Assembly (NCBI GenBank): GCA_902563105.1
Contig: CACEVU010000002.1
Span: forward strand, 136,618 to 200,617
DNA length: 64,000 bases
Source of the DNA: an uncultured SAR86 cluster bacterium
GTDB taxonomy: Bacteria; Pseudomonadota; Gammaproteobacteria; Magnimaribacterales; AG-339-G14
Direction of reading: 5' to 3'
Of the stretch, positions 27,436 through 37,930 are shown piece after piece. The first letter of the stretch is position 1; each line of letters starts with the position of its first letter. Made by a program: the position numbers and the translations under genes. The notes beneath the pieces were generated by a model. That model saw only the letters and a program-made list of their open reading frames with translations. It ran no database searches and was not told the DNA's origin.

Positions 27436-29760
27436 TTAGAACTGAGTTCCAATTTCGAATTGAAATGTTTCTGTTCGATCGGTTGGGGAATCATTAAAAA
27501 CCGATGCTAAAGCAAAAGATAATGGGCCTAAGGCGGTTATCCAAGTTATTCCCACTCCAAGAGAGTATCTAAGCTCAGATAAATCAAATTCATAACAGTT
27601 TGTTTCATAAGACCTGCATCCATCACTAAATACATTTCCATAGTCAAAAAATACTGATCCCCTTATTGATCTTGGATCCGGAACAAAATTAAGCGGGATT
27701 ATCAAATCTAGTCCCCCAGTCAAACTATAAGGCCCTCCCACAGGCCTTTGATTACGCACTGCAATACCCGATTGATATACAGCTTTTGGTCCTAAGTAAT
27801 TTTGTTTAAAACCTCTAACTGATCTCATTCCTCCCGCATAAAAATATTGATATGGGGGTGCAGATTCAGTATCCCCATATGTAAATAAATATCCTATTTT
27901 TGATCTATATCCAAAAATTAATCCCCTGGGTAAGGGCTGGAAATATTTAAATTCATGTGTCAGCCTTCCAAAATTTAGATTGCTTCCTGGCAGAGAAAAA
28001 GATAAAGAAATTCCGTTACTGGTACCTCTTGTAGGAAATAATCCTCGGTCTAGTGTTATTCTTCTCCATGAAACAGAAGCATTGTAAGTAGTAAAGTCAA
28101 AACCCTCAGAATTATAAAAATCTAAAAGCTGTCGTGAACTATAGAGATTAGTTTTTAAGTCAGTTTTATCATAAGACAAAGATAATCCTACCTGCTCTAT
28201 TTCACTAATAGGTAAATCAAAAGAGACGCTTCCGCCATAAGAATCTGTATTGTAAGCAGCAAGATTAAAGTTTCCATAGTCTGTCTTTCTAATAAAAGCT
28301 CCATATCCAAGTCCTATTCCATCAATTGTGAAATATGGATCAAAAAAGTTAAAAGAAATATCCTGGCGCCATTCGCTGTAAGTAATTCCAACGTTAATAG
28401 AGTTTCCGGTTCCAAAAGCATTTTTTTCTGAATAATTAGCTCCTAAGCTAAATCCGTAAGCTCCATAACCTAAAGAGCCTCCAATAGATCCTGAGAATTG
28501 TTCTTCAACTTTAAAAATAACATCTACTTCATCAGTAGAACCAGGTACTGCATTTTTTTCATATTTTACACTTTTGAAAAATCCCAGCCTGTCTAATCTC
28601 AACTTTGATGTTTCGAGTAAGTTATTAGAAACCCAGCTTTTTTCCATCTGACGCATTTCACGTCTCAACACTACATCATGGGTTCTTTCATTTCCTTCAA
28701 AGGAAATACGATTGACCATTGTTCTTTGTCCAGGATCCACAAAAAGAGTTAGGGCAACTGATTTTTCTTCTTCATTTATGTCTTTTGAGGTAGAAACTTC
28801 AGCATTTGTGTAACCTAAATTTTCCAAAAGATTAGTTATTCTATCTTCAGTAGCTTTCAAAAGGCCTTCTATGTAAATCTCATTTACAGGAATGCCTATT
28901 AAACTTCTTACAAAAACTTCCTTATCTTCCAAATCGCCCGCTAATTTAACTTCGCTAACTTTATAAACTTCTCCTTCAATAACTTTGATTGTTATGAAGA
29001 TATCTTTTTTATTTTTTGAAATTGATATATTTGTAGAATCTATATCGAACTTCAAATAACCCATATTTTTATAAATTGACTCAAGTGTTTCTAAGTCACC
29101 TCTTAAATTTTCTCTCGAATATCCTGATCCCCTACTGAATACAGAAAGCCAATTTTTTTCTTTGAGTTTAAATTCATCAAGAATTTCCTCATCAGAAAGT
29201 AATTTATTTCCAACGATATTAATTTTTCTTAAGGAAGCAGATTCGCCCTCATCAATTTCAACAGAAAGTTTAATTCTATTTTTTGGAAGGTCTTCAGAAG
29301 ATACATCTACTTCTGCTGAATATTTTCCTTGCGAGGAATATTGTCTTTCAAGTTCAACGCTTAAACTTTCAAAGACAGATCTTTTATACAAAGCTCCTTC
29401 AGAGATTCCAGAGTTTTTCAAGCCATCTAATAGGGCATCCGTTTTAATTTGTTTATTACCTTCAATTAAAATTTCGTCAATCGTTGGTCTTTCTTTTATG
29501 TCTATTAACAATGCATTACCATCTCTACCTAATTTAATGTCATCAAACTTTCCAGTTTCAAAAATTGATAAAGCAATTTCTTTGAAACTTTCCTCATTTA
29601 TTTCATCTCCAAGGCCAATTGGCATTACTGCAAAAATACTCCCAGCCGATACCCTCTGAAGGCCAGTTATTCTAATGTCATCTACTACCCATGATTTTGT
29701 TTCCTGTAAATGAAGAGATGAGGAAAATAGAATAATAAAAAAAAATATTCTTTTAAACAT
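27436..29760 (-). CDS. bamA: Outer membrane protein assembly factor BamA
   Basis: Signal peptide, five POTRA-like repeats (IRITGLQRVS...), a C-terminal beta-barrel ending FQFEIGTQF. 774 aa. Confidence 0.95.
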   Translation of the reverse strand: MFKRIFFFIILFSSSLHLQETKSWVVDDIRITGLQRVSAGSIFAVMPIGLGDEINEESFKEIALSIFETGKFDDIKLGRDGNALLIDIKERPTIDEILIEGNKQIKTDALLDGLKNSGISEGALYKRSVFESLSVELERQYSSQGKYSAEVDVSSEDLPKNRIKLSVEIDEGESASLRKINIVGNKLLSDEEILDEFKLKEKNWLSVFSRGSGYSRENLRGDLETLESIYKNMGYLKFDIDSTNISISKNKKDIFITIKVIEGEVYKVSEVKLAGDLEDKEVFVRSLIGIPVNEIYIEGLLKATEDRITNLLENLGYTNAEVSTSKDINEEEKSVALTLFVDPGQRTMVNRISFEGNERTHDVVLRREMRQMEKSWVSNNLLETSKLRLDRLGFFKSVKYEKNAVPGSTDEVDVIFKVEEQFSGSIGGSLGYGAYGFSLGANYSEKNAFGTGNSINVGITYSEWRQDISFNFFDPYFTIDGIGLGYGAFIRKTDYGNFNLAAYNTDSYGGSVSFDLPISEIEQVGLSLSYDKTDLKTNLYSSRQLLDFYNSEGFDFTTYNASVSWRRITLDRGLFPTRGTSNGISLSFSLPGSNLNFGRLTHEFKYFQPLPRGLIFGYRSKIGYLFTYGDTESAPPYQYFYAGGMRSVRGFKQNYLGPKAVYQSGIAVRNQRPVGGPYSLTGGLDLIIPLNFVPDPRSIRGSVFFDYGNVFSDGCRSYETNCYEFDLSELRYSLGVGITWITALGPLSFALASVFNDSPTDRTETFQFEIGTQF

Positions 29761-29770
29761 TATTTAAATT

Positions 29771-31102
29771 TTAATTGACGATTCTGAAAATATCATTGAA
29801 AAATACAAAGACAAAAAGAAAGATTAAAAATAAAGTTCCAACTCTATAGAAAAAGTCTAGGATACTAATTGGAATTTCTCTGCCAATTATTTTTTCAATA
29901 GTAAGAATTAAAGCTTGACCGCCATCCAATACTGGGAGAGGAAATAAATTTACTATTCCCAGACTAATACTTATGAGCGCAATGAGATAAAAAAAGGAAT
30001 AAATTCCTCCATAAATTAAAGATTCTCCAGCATATTGCCCAATCATAACCGGACCACCAAGGTTTTTAGCTGAAATTTGGCCAAAAATTATTTTTCCAAG
30101 AAAATAAACAGAATTTTCTATAACTTGATAAGTTTGAAAAAATGATTTCTTTAGAGATTCAGAAAAAGAATAGTAAACAACATCTTTGGCCTTTGAACTC
30201 AGTTCATTCGAAGAGCTAATACCAAGTTGCCAATTAAAATTCTCTTCTGAGAGAGCAGGTTTTATTTTGATGGTCTGAGCTCTTTCGTTTCTTAATATTT
30301 TTAATAAAATTTCTTGACCGTTTGATTTATTAACTTCTTTTTTTATGTCGCTCCAAAAGTTAATGGGAACGTTTTCAATTTCGAGAATTTTATCTCCTTT
30401 TTTAATCCCTCCATTATCTGCCGGAGTAAAGTCTAAAACCTTGCCGACTGATGGTTCTAAAGGAGGGAAAACACCTATAGAATAAAGCAGATTTGATGGT
30501 TCCTCAGAACTTAACCAATCAGTAATTTTTAAATAAAATTCAAGAGATTTTTCCTCCCTCTGAACTGTCACTTCTATTTCTCCAGAATCTCCTAATCTTT
30601 TTGAAAGAGCAAGCTGAGCTTCAGAAAAAGAATCAATACTTGAATTGTCTATTTTTGAAATTATATCTCCTGCTTTTATTCCTGCCTCTCCAGCTAAAGA
30701 ATTAGGAAGAATATCTCCAATAAGCGGTGTTACTTTATAAACTCCTGCCAGATTGATAACAAAAAAGATAGCCAGTGCTAGGATAAAGTTAAAAATTGGA
30801 CCGCCAAGTGTAATTAAAAGCTTTTGGTAATATTTTTTAGAGGAAAAAGAGTCTTTCACATCTGGCTTATCAGAATTTTCCTCCCCGTTCATTTTTACAT
30901 AACCGCCAATTGGAAGAATTCTCAAATTAAAAACTGTTTTTGATTTAGTTTGCCAACTTTTTATCGATTTACCGAATCCTATTGAAAAATCTAAAATTCT
31001 CACCCCAAAAAGACGAGCAAATGAATAATGACCAAGTTCATGAACAAAGACTATTACTGATATGAGTATTAAAAAAGAAAATAAATATATTAAAAAGGTC
31101 AT
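29771..31102 (-). CDS. rseP: RIP zinc metalloprotease RseP
   Basis: HELGHY motif, tandem PDZ regions, C-terminal LPLPVLDGG. 443 aa. Confidence 0.93.
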   Translation of the reverse strand: MTFLIYLFSFLILISVIVFVHELGHYSFARLFGVRILDFSIGFGKSIKSWQTKSKTVFNLRILPIGGYVKMNGEENSDKPDVKDSFSSKKYYQKLLITLGGPIFNFILALAIFFVINLAGVYKVTPLIGDILPNSLAGEAGIKAGDIISKIDNSSIDSFSEAQLALSKRLGDSGEIEVTVQREEKSLEFYLKITDWLSSEEPSNLLYSIGVFPPLEPSVGKVLDFTPADNGGIKKGDKILEIENVPINFWSDIKKEVNKSNGQEILLKILRNERAQTIKIKPALSEENFNWQLGISSSNELSSKAKDVVYYSFSESLKKSFFQTYQVIENSVYFLGKIIFGQISAKNLGGPVMIGQYAGESLIYGGIYSFFYLIALISISLGIVNLFPLPVLDGGQALILTIEKIIGREIPISILDFFYRVGTLFLIFLFVFVFFNDIFRIVN

Positions 31103-32244
31103 TTGATAAATTTTGAGGAATAATTCAATGCTATGTCTCTAGCTTCTTGGTTAAACTTTATAATTGAGCTTAATGATACAGAAGTTAAATTCATATTACT
31201 CCTATCTGCATAATTTAATGTTGATGAAATAAGATCGTAAATGCTTAAAAAACTTATTTTGTTTTTTAAAAATAAATCAACCGCAACTTCGTTTGCTGCA
31301 TTTAAAATGATCGGCATTCCTTTGCCATATTTCAAAGCAAAATAAGCAAAATCGATTGAAGGAAATTTTTTTCTATCTATTTTTTTAAAACTTAAATTCT
31401 TTAATTCTTGAAAATTAATTTTTGCAACTCCATTTTTTATACTCTTTGGAAATCCAAGACCATAAGAAACAGATATTTTCATATCAGGAAGAGCCATAGA
31501 GGCTAAAACAGTTCCATCATTAAATTCTACCAAGGAGTGAATTAGTCCTTCAGGATGTATTATCGCTTCAATTTTTTTTTGGTCTAAATCGAATAGATGT
31601 TTAGCCTCTATAATTTCTAATGCTTTGTTCATTAAAGTAGCAGAGTCAATCGTAATTTTTTTACCCATTTTCCATATTGGATGTTGAAGAGCGTTATTTG
31701 AAGTTATAGTTTTAAATTTAGATTTGGACAATTTATGAAAAGGTCCTCCAGAACAAGTGAGTGTTATTTTAGATATCGAATCTTTTGTTTTGCCTTCAAT
31801 ACTTTGATGAATTGAACAATGCTCTGAGTCAATAGGTATTATTTGTGCACCGCTTTTACGCGCTTCATTCATTAAAAACGCTCCCGCCATAACTAATGGT
31901 TCTTTGTTGGCAATTAAAATTTTCTTGCCATTTTTAATGGAATGATGAATTAATTCTAAACCATCAGATCCAGAAATAGCGGCTATCACGACGTCGACAT
32001 CTTTACTAGAAATTAGCTCTAGAAGTTCATTTTTTTCAATTAATTTTTTTGAAGATTTTATTCTTTTAGGATTTTCCAGATAGATCTTTGAGTTTTTGTG
32101 TCTTTTTGATTGGTCTAAAATTAATTCTTCATTTGATTTGGCAACCAGACAAACGATATTGAATTTATCTTTATTTTTTTTGATGACCTCTATGGATGAT
32201 TTTCCAATAGAACCAGTTGAACCTAGAACCACAACATTTTGCAT
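31099..32244 (-). CDS. dxr: 1-deoxy-D-xylulose 5-phosphate reductoisomerase
   Basis: VVLGSTGSIGKSS NADPH motif, LANKEPLV, PIDSEHCSI. Confidence 0.95.
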   Translation of the reverse strand: MQNVVVLGSTGSIGKSSIEVIKKNKDKFNIVCLVAKSNEELILDQSKRHKNSKIYLENPKRIKSSKKLIEKNELLELISSKDVDVVIAAISGSDGLELIHHSIKNGKKILIANKEPLVMAGAFLMNEARKSGAQIIPIDSEHCSIHQSIEGKTKDSISKITLTCSGGPFHKLSKSKFKTITSNNALQHPIWKMGKKITIDSATLMNKALEIIEAKHLFDLDQKKIEAIIHPEGLIHSLVEFNDGTVLASMALPDMKISVSYGLGFPKSIKNGVAKINFQELKNLSFKKIDRKKFPSIDFAYFALKYGKGMPIILNAANEVAVDLFLKNKISFLSIYDLISSTLNYADRSNMNLTSVSLSSIIKFNQEARDIALNYSSKFIK

Positions 32245-32918
32245 CAGATAAGACTATAAAAGATTAAAATTACTGGTATGCAGAATAAATGACTATCGAT
32301 TCTGTCGAGAATTCCTCCATGTCCTGGCAGTAGATTACCAAAGTCTTTTATGTTGAGTAATCTTTTAGATTTACTTGCAACTAAATCTCCTAAGATACTT
32401 GCAAAAGAGCATAGAAAAAAAATAATAGAAGCTAAAATATATCCAAACGAATCAACTATTGAAGAAAAAACCGTAAAATCGTTAAAATATTCATTTCCTA
32501 TAATCTGAAATTCATTAAAAAAGTAGTTTAAAGAGACTATAAATAAGGAAGGAAAAATTAATCCGGCAAGAGTACCTTCTAAAGTTTTGTTAGGGCTTAC
32601 ATTCGGAAAAATGAATCTTTTGCCAAATAAATTTCCAAAAAAAAATGCAAAAACATCCGTAAATACTGAAATTAAAAGCGCTGTAAAAAAAAAGCTTCTT
32701 AAATTATCACTTATGAAGCCTATAAGAAGCATGTTGGTTAAAATCACGATCAAAATTAACCAAACAAAAACATTTTTTTTTGTTTTCAATCTGAAAAGTT
32801 CGTATAAAGCAAACATTAAAATGCCAAAAAGAATTAATTCAAAGAAGAATTCGTTAGTATAAAATACAAATATAAGGACCAATAATCCTAAAAATAATCC
32901 AGTCAAAAGTCTCTTCAT
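32244..32918 (-). CDS. cdsA: Phosphatidate cytidylyltransferase (short)
   Basis: C-terminal CTP-transferase signature [28 protein letters not shown]. 224 aa, multi-TM. Confidence 0.9.
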   Translation of the reverse strand: MKRLLTGLFLGLLVLIFVFYTNEFFFELILFGILMFALYELFRLKTKKNVFVWLILIVILTNMLLIGFISDNLRSFFFTALLISVFTDVFAFFFGNLFGKRFIFPNVSPNKTLEGTLAGLIFPSLFIVSLNYFFNEFQIIGNEYFNDFTVFSSIVDSFGYILASIIFFLCSFASILGDLVASKSKRLLNIKDFGNLLPGHGGILDRIDSHLFCIPVILIFYSLI

Positions 32919-32920
32919 AT

Positions 32921-33625
32921 CTAACCAGTTTCTACTCCATACTTCCTTTTTCTATTAAAGTAATCATCCAAAGCTTTATCCAAATCATTTTTGTTAAAAT
33001 CAGGCCAATATTTATTTGAAAAATAAAGTTCAGAATAAGAAGATTGCCAAAGATAGAAATTACTCAGTCTTTTTTCTCCACCCGATCTGATAATAAGATC
33101 TGGATCGGGGAAATTATTTGTTTGGAGATGTTTCTGTACCGATGCTTCAGTGATTTTTTTCTTCTGTGCGTCTTTTTTATTTTCTTTTAAGAATTCTGTT
33201 ACTGCATTAATAATATCCCATTTACCTCCATAACTAGCTGCAATAATTAAGTTTAAATCTGGTCGATAATCCCGGGTTTGTTTTTTCGATCTTTCAATCT
33301 GGTTTATCAATTTCTTGCTAAATCTTGAAATATCTCCAATGAAGTTTAATTTAACTTTTTCTTCTATGAGTTCAGGAGTTTGTTCTTCCAGAGCTTGAAA
33401 AAACAAATTAATTAAATCCTTAACTTCTAATTCATCTCTCAACCAATTTTCGGTACTGAAAGCAAAAAGAGTTAAGTAATCTATTTTTTTTTCTAAAGCA
33501 TACTCAACAGCTAATCTAGCTTTTTTAACACCTTCCTTATGACCCTCTCTAGAAGGGAGGCCCTTATTTTTTGCCCATCTATTATTACCATCCATGATTA
33601 TTGCAAGATGGTTAAGTCTTTTCAT
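32921..33625 (-). CDS. uppS: Undecaprenyl diphosphate synthase
   Basis: [40 protein letters not shown]. Confidence 0.96.
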   Translation of the reverse strand: MKRLNHLAIIMDGNNRWAKNKGLPSREGHKEGVKKARLAVEYALEKKIDYLTLFAFSTENWLRDELEVKDLINLFFQALEEQTPELIEEKVKLNFIGDISRFSKKLINQIERSKKQTRDYRPDLNLIIAASYGGKWDIINAVTEFLKENKKDAQKKKITEASVQKHLQTNNFPDPDLIIRSGGEKRLSNFYLWQSSYSELYFSNKYWPDFNKNDLDKALDDYFNRKRKYGVETG

Positions 33626-33626
33626 A

Positions 33627-34184
33627 CTATATTTCTAATAAATCTTTTTCTTTTTTGTCCAGGAGCACATCTATCTTTTTAATAAAGTTATCAGTGAGTT
33701 TTTGAATCAGATCTTCTCCCCTTCTCAAATCGTCTTCAGAAATTTCTTTTTCATTGCAAAACTCTTTTAACATTGCATTAGCATCTCTTCGTTGATTTCT
33801 TATAGCGACTTTCGAATTCTCTGCTTCCGTTTTTGCCACTTTAGTAAGATTTCTTCTGGATTCTTCGGTTAACTCTGGAACTATCACCCTTATTACGTCT
33901 CCGGAGGTTGCAGGTTGCAGTCCGATATCAGAGCTTTGAATCGCTTTTTCAATATTTTGAACCTGATCTTTTTCCCAAGGGACAATGGCTAAAGTCTTTG
34001 CATCTTCTACTGAAATATTGCTCATCTGACTTATTGGGGTGTTTGATCCATAGTAATCAACTTCCACAGAGTCTAGTAATGATGGAGTTGCTCTTCCTGT
34101 CCTAATTCTTTGTAATTTTTTTTCTAAAGAGACAATGGTTTTGTTCATTTGCTCTTCAGCTTCTAATTCAGTTTCGTCTATCAT
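33627..34184 (-). CDS. frr: Ribosome recycling factor
   Basis: 185 aa with RTGRATPSLLDSVEVDYYG, IRNQRRDAN. Confidence 0.96.
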   Translation of the reverse strand: MIDETELEAEEQMNKTIVSLEKKLQRIRTGRATPSLLDSVEVDYYGSNTPISQMSNISVEDAKTLAIVPWEKDQVQNIEKAIQSSDIGLQPATSGDVIRVIVPELTEESRRNLTKVAKTEAENSKVAIRNQRRDANAMLKEFCNEKEISEDDLRRGEDLIQKLTDNFIKKIDVLLDKKEKDLLEI

Positions 34185-34232
34185 TAAATTACAAGCTTAA
34201 TTTTAGAAGCTTTCTTTTATATGCTGGCATAA

Positions 34233-35087
34233 TTATCCCTCAAGTTGAGATTGAACTTCTTCTGCAAAATCTTTTTTTTCTACTTCGATTCCTTCCCCAA
34301 CTTCAATTCTAATAAAAGACGATATCTTTGCATCAGCTTCAGCTAAATATGTTTCTATGTTTAAGGAAGGATCTTTTACGAAAGGTTGTTTAAGAAGGCT
34401 CACATCTGCCAATTGCTTGTTTAATTTACCTTCTACCATTTTTTCTTTTATTTCTTGAGGTTTATCTTCTATTTCTACCTGTGATTTAAAAATATCTTTT
34501 TCTGAGTTTATATAATTTTCATCTAAATCTTCTGGAGAAATTACTAAAGGGTTAGACGCAGCAACGTGCATTGCTATTTCTTTTGCAATTTTTTGACTAC
34601 CTTGTTCCATTGCAACACCTGCAGCAATTTTTTTGTTTGAATGAATGTAAAAGTCTACGACTTGACCGGAAACTTTCTGAACTTTTCTTATAATGACATT
34701 CTCCCCAATTTTTTGAACTAGAGACATTCTTTGCTCTTCCATGTCTTTGGAAACTTGAGCTAGTAAATCAGTTGCAGAAGAGTTCGATACCGCGTTCTTT
34801 AGCGTATCTTTACAAAAATTTACGAAATTATCGTCTTTTGCTACAAAATCAGTTTCACAATTTACTTCTACGAAAATAATCTCACTGTTAGCCATATCCG
34901 CAAGGATGATTCCTTCTACTGCAGTTCTGGAAGACTTTTTTTCTGCTTTCAAAGCGCTGCTTTTTCTAAGATTTTTGACTGCATCTTCCAAATTACCATT
35001 GGCTTCTTCTAATGCTTTTTTGCACTCCATCATTCCCAGGCCAGTTTTCTCTCTAAGTTCTTTTACGTCTTGTGCTTTTATTGACAT
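34233..35087 (-). CDS. tsf: Elongation factor Ts
   Basis: VKELREKTGLGMMECKKALEEANG UBA-like N-terminus. 284 aa, directly abutting the rpsB stop. Confidence 0.96.
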   Translation of the reverse strand: MSIKAQDVKELREKTGLGMMECKKALEEANGNLEDAVKNLRKSSALKAEKKSSRTAVEGIILADMANSEIIFVEVNCETDFVAKDDNFVNFCKDTLKNAVSNSSATDLLAQVSKDMEEQRMSLVQKIGENVIIRKVQKVSGQVVDFYIHSNKKIAAGVAMEQGSQKIAKEIAMHVAASNPLVISPEDLDENYINSEKDIFKSQVEIEDKPQEIKEKMVEGKLNKQLADVSLLKQPFVKDPSLNIETYLAEADAKISSFIRIEVGEGIEVEKKDFAEEVQSQLEG

Positions 35088-35897
35088 TTAATCTTCCTTA
35101 GTTTGTTCAGTGTTTTCAGCTTCTGTCTCACTTTGCGGAGAATCTTGTTTTTCCACATCTTCAGAAGTCGACTTTTTAACAACAACCGGACCATCTTTTG
35201 ATGTTCTAATTCCACCAGACATTTCGGCCCCTTCAAGACAAGCATTAGAAATTATTCTTGAAATTAATGAAATAGATCTTATTGCATCATCATTACCAGG
35301 GATAACATAATCAATATTGTCAGGGTTGGAGTTTGTATCAACGATTCCGATAATAGGAATTCCCATTTTTTTTGCTTCTGCTACTGCAATTTTTTCGTTT
35401 TCTACATCAACGACAAATAAAGCCTCTGGCAAGCCACCTATGTTTTTTATTCCTCCAATTGACCGCTCGAGTTTATCCATTTCCCTTCTGATCCCTAAAA
35501 CTTCTTTTTTTGTCAATTCCTCGAATTTTCCTTCTTCTTCTTGGGTATTCAAAATTTCCAATCTCCTAATTGAGGATCTTACAGTTTTATAGTTGGTTAA
35601 CATTCCACCAAGCCATCTATAGTTTATATATGGCATATTGCATCTTTCGGCCTCTTCTTTAATTACTCTTCTTGCAGCTCTTTTGGTGCCTACGAAAAGA
35701 ATTCTATTGTTTGAAGCAGAAAGTTTCTTGCAAAACTCTACAGTTGGAGAAAGGCACTCTAAAGTTTTTTCAAGATTAATTATATGAACTTTTTTTCGAT
35801 CCCCGAAAATGTAGGGTTCCATTTTGGGATTCCAAAATCTAGTTTGGTGACCGAAGTGAACACCGGCCTTTAACATTTGTTCTATGGATACTTCCAT
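35088..35897 (-). CDS. rpsB: 30S ribosomal protein S2
   Basis: MLKAGVHFGHQTRFWNPKM, FVGTKR, and an acidic C-terminal tail. Confidence 0.97.
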   Translation of the reverse strand: MEVSIEQMLKAGVHFGHQTRFWNPKMEPYIFGDRKKVHIINLEKTLECLSPTVEFCKKLSASNNRILFVGTKRAARRVIKEEAERCNMPYINYRWLGGMLTNYKTVRSSIRRLEILNTQEEEGKFEELTKKEVLGIRREMDKLERSIGGIKNIGGLPEALFVVDVENEKIAVAEAKKMGIPIIGIVDTNSNPDNIDYVIPGNDDAIRSISLISRIISNACLEGAEMSGGIRTSKDGPVVVKKSTSEDVEKQDSPQSETEAENTEQTKED

Positions 35898-36010
35898 CGA
35901 CAGCTCCTGTTTTGTAGCCCTAAGGCTGGGTTTTTCCTCCTCGAGGCTAAGTATTTAACTTACATTGAGCCATGTAAGCACCCAAATACTCATTCCATTC
36001 GAGTGTGAAT
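35898..36010 (-). promoter_or_regulatory. Putative structured rpsB 5' leader (candidate S2 autoregulatory element)
   Basis: One of the few long non-coding stretches, and locally GC-enriched. The minus-strand RNA has nested stems GAGUAUUU...AAAUACUU enclosing CUUACAU...AUGUAAG. It also has an AGCC-UUAG-GGCU hairpin, a possible GGGU/ACCC pseudoknot, and an SD AGGAG 7 nt before the AUG. Confidence 0.45.
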
Positions 36011-36070
36011 TAGTTCTGATAAAAAAATCAGAAAGGAATTAGAACATATTACAAATAGAGAATAAAGAAT

Positions 36071-36838
36071 TTAATTTTCTTCTTCTAGAAAGTCTTCCAT
36101 TGAATAAATAGAAGGATTTTTAGATTTTAAAAAAATACTTAGCCTAGCTCCTTCGCCAAAAATATCTCTACTCAGTGCATTGTGAGAAACTAGAATCTCT
36201 TCTTTCCCAAAATTAAAAATAACCTCATGCTTGCCAATGGATGAATCATCTCTAACAGATTTAATTTGAATATCAGTTTCTTGAGAAATTCTATTGAGAA
36301 TATAATTTCTTAGTTCTATAGCAGTTCCAGATGGAGAGTCTTTTTTTTTATTGTGATGAGTTTCAATAATCTTTATTGAGCCGTCAATTTTGCTTGAAAC
36401 TTTTGAAAGATATTTTTCAAAATCATCAATCAAAGGGTTTAGGATTTTTGCCTTAAAAAATGCAATGCCCCTGCTAAGATTTGGAGCATGAAGTATAGGT
36501 ATTATTTTCGAAAGTTCTTTTAGCTTATTTATCTGAGTATCATTATGGCCAGTTGAAGCAAGCACTAAAGGTACTTTATTGTGATAACAAAAATCATAAA
36601 TGCTTTCAAAATTCTCAGGAAATGAAGCATCAATTAATATAGGAGTTTTAAGCTCTTTAATTGAGACATCTTTAAGGGAACCAAGCAAAGGATTAAGTAA
36701 GTGGTCAATTTTCTTTCCAACTAGAATATTTTTTTTTGAAGAAATTCCAAACGTAACCTCATTATTTTTTAAAATAGAATTTCCTAATCTGCCAGTAGCT
36801 CCAACTAGAATAAGATCGCTTGATGAATGGTTAATCAT
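36071..36838 (-). CDS. dapB: 4-hydroxy-tetrahydrodipicolinate reductase
   Basis: [12 protein letters not shown] motif, [15 protein letters not shown] signature, downstream of dnaJ as in Pseudomonas. Confidence 0.9.
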   Translation of the reverse strand: MINHSSSDLILVGATGRLGNSILKNNEVTFGISSKKNILVGKKIDHLLNPLLGSLKDVSIKELKTPILIDASFPENFESIYDFCYHNKVPLVLASTGHNDTQINKLKELSKIIPILHAPNLSRGIAFFKAKILNPLIDDFEKYLSKVSSKIDGSIKIIETHHNKKKDSPSGTAIELRNYILNRISQETDIQIKSVRDDSSIGKHEVIFNFGKEEILVSHNALSRDIFGEGARLSIFLKSKNPSIYSMEDFLEEEN

Positions 36839-37911
36839 AGATTCTTAAAAAACGCTTTTGCTGAATTTAACCATGAGTTCATTAACGGAGAATTATCTTC
36901 ATGAGACATGTTTTCTTTGAATTTGTTCAAGAGATCTTTTTGGTTAGTATTTAAGTTTACTGGAACTTCAACAATTACTCTAACTAAGATATCGCCTGTA
37001 GAGCCTCCTCTTAGGGGTTTAATTCCTTTTCCATTAAGTCTAAATATTTTGTGACTTTGTGTTCCAGATGGAATTTTTATTTTTGCCTTTCCAACAAGAG
37101 TAGGAACTTCTATAGATCCACCTAAAGCAGCGTCAACAAAATCAAGAGGAACCTCGCAGTAAAGGTGTTTTCCATCTCTTTCAAAGATTGAATGATCATT
37201 TATATTTATAGAAATATATAGGTCCCCTTTATTTCCTGCCCTACCAAGCTCTCCCTCTCCTGAAAGCCTTATTCTGTCTCCATCGTCAACTCCGGCAGGA
37301 ATTTTTACTGAAAGTTTTTTATTTTTATTTAAGAAGCCTACACCATTACAAATTGAGCAATTAGGATCATGTATTTCTCCCTCACCTCGGCAATGAGGAC
37401 ATGTCTGTTGCATTGAAAAAAAACCTTGTTGTTGCCTAATTACACCTGTTCCGCCACAGTATGAGCACCTATTCCAATGGCCAGTGCACCTTTCTTTTGA
37501 AGGAATTTCAATATTCAAGGATTTACCAAAAACCGCATCTTCGAGAGATATATTAAGGTTATAGCTTAGATCTGAACCTCTTGAAGATGTTCTTCCCCCT
37601 GATGATCCTCCAAATATATCAGAAAAGATATCGCCAAAAATATCACTAAACGCATCGGCTGCTCCTTGAGAGCTATTAAAAGAGGAATTTACTCCCTCGT
37701 GACCAAAGTTATCATAGGTCTGTCTTTTTTGATCATCAGAAAGAATTTCATATGCCTCCGAAAGCTCTTTAAATTTTTCTGAAGCCTCTGAATCGTCTGG
37801 ATTACGATCCGGATGATACTTCATCGCTAATTTTCGATAGGATTTTTTTAGCTCATCTTTTGAAGCTGATTTACTTACGCCTAAAACATCATAATAGTCT
37901 TTCTTACTCAT
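36835..37911 (-). CDS. dnaJ: Molecular chaperone DnaJ
   Basis: J domain DYYDVLGV...KYHPDRN, a G/F-rich region, a Cys-rich domain with three intact CxxCxGxG motifs, and [19 protein letters not shown]. Confidence 0.95.
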   Translation of the reverse strand: MSKKDYYDVLGVSKSASKDELKKSYRKLAMKYHPDRNPDDSEASEKFKELSEAYEILSDDQKRQTYDNFGHEGVNSSFNSSQGAADAFSDIFGDIFSDIFGGSSGGRTSSRGSDLSYNLNISLEDAVFGKSLNIEIPSKERCTGHWNRCSYCGGTGVIRQQQGFFSMQQTCPHCRGEGEIHDPNCSICNGVGFLNKNKKLSVKIPAGVDDGDRIRLSGEGELGRAGNKGDLYISININDHSIFERDGKHLYCEVPLDFVDAALGGSIEVPTLVGKAKIKIPSGTQSHKIFRLNGKGIKPLRGGSTGDILVRVIVEVPVNLNTNQKDLLNKFKENMSHEDNSPLMNSWLNSAKAFFKNL

Positions 37912-37930
37912 GACGCTTTTTAAAGAAAAG

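Noticed and set aside
29162-29659. Long antisense ORFs inside well-supported genes. Examples: 165 aa opposite bamA here, 131 aa at 23186-23581 opposite rnhB/lpxB, 119 aa at 54408-54767 opposite rpsK/rpsM, 111 aa at 58266-58601 opposite rpsH, and 91-102 aa ORFs opposite rpsB, rpoA and cdsA.
   Set aside because: Each lies wholly within a conserved gene on the other strand. Their translations are low-complexity, rich in Ser, Phe, Leu and Ile, with no motifs. They are the expected stop-poor antisense frames of coding DNA, and nothing supports overlapping genes.
36014-36033. Perfect 7-bp inverted repeat TTCTGAT-AAAAAA-ATCAGAA downstream of dapB, as a possible intrinsic terminator.
   Set aside because: The stem is AU-rich and short, with no following U-tract on the dapB strand. 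It is too weak to call a terminator.
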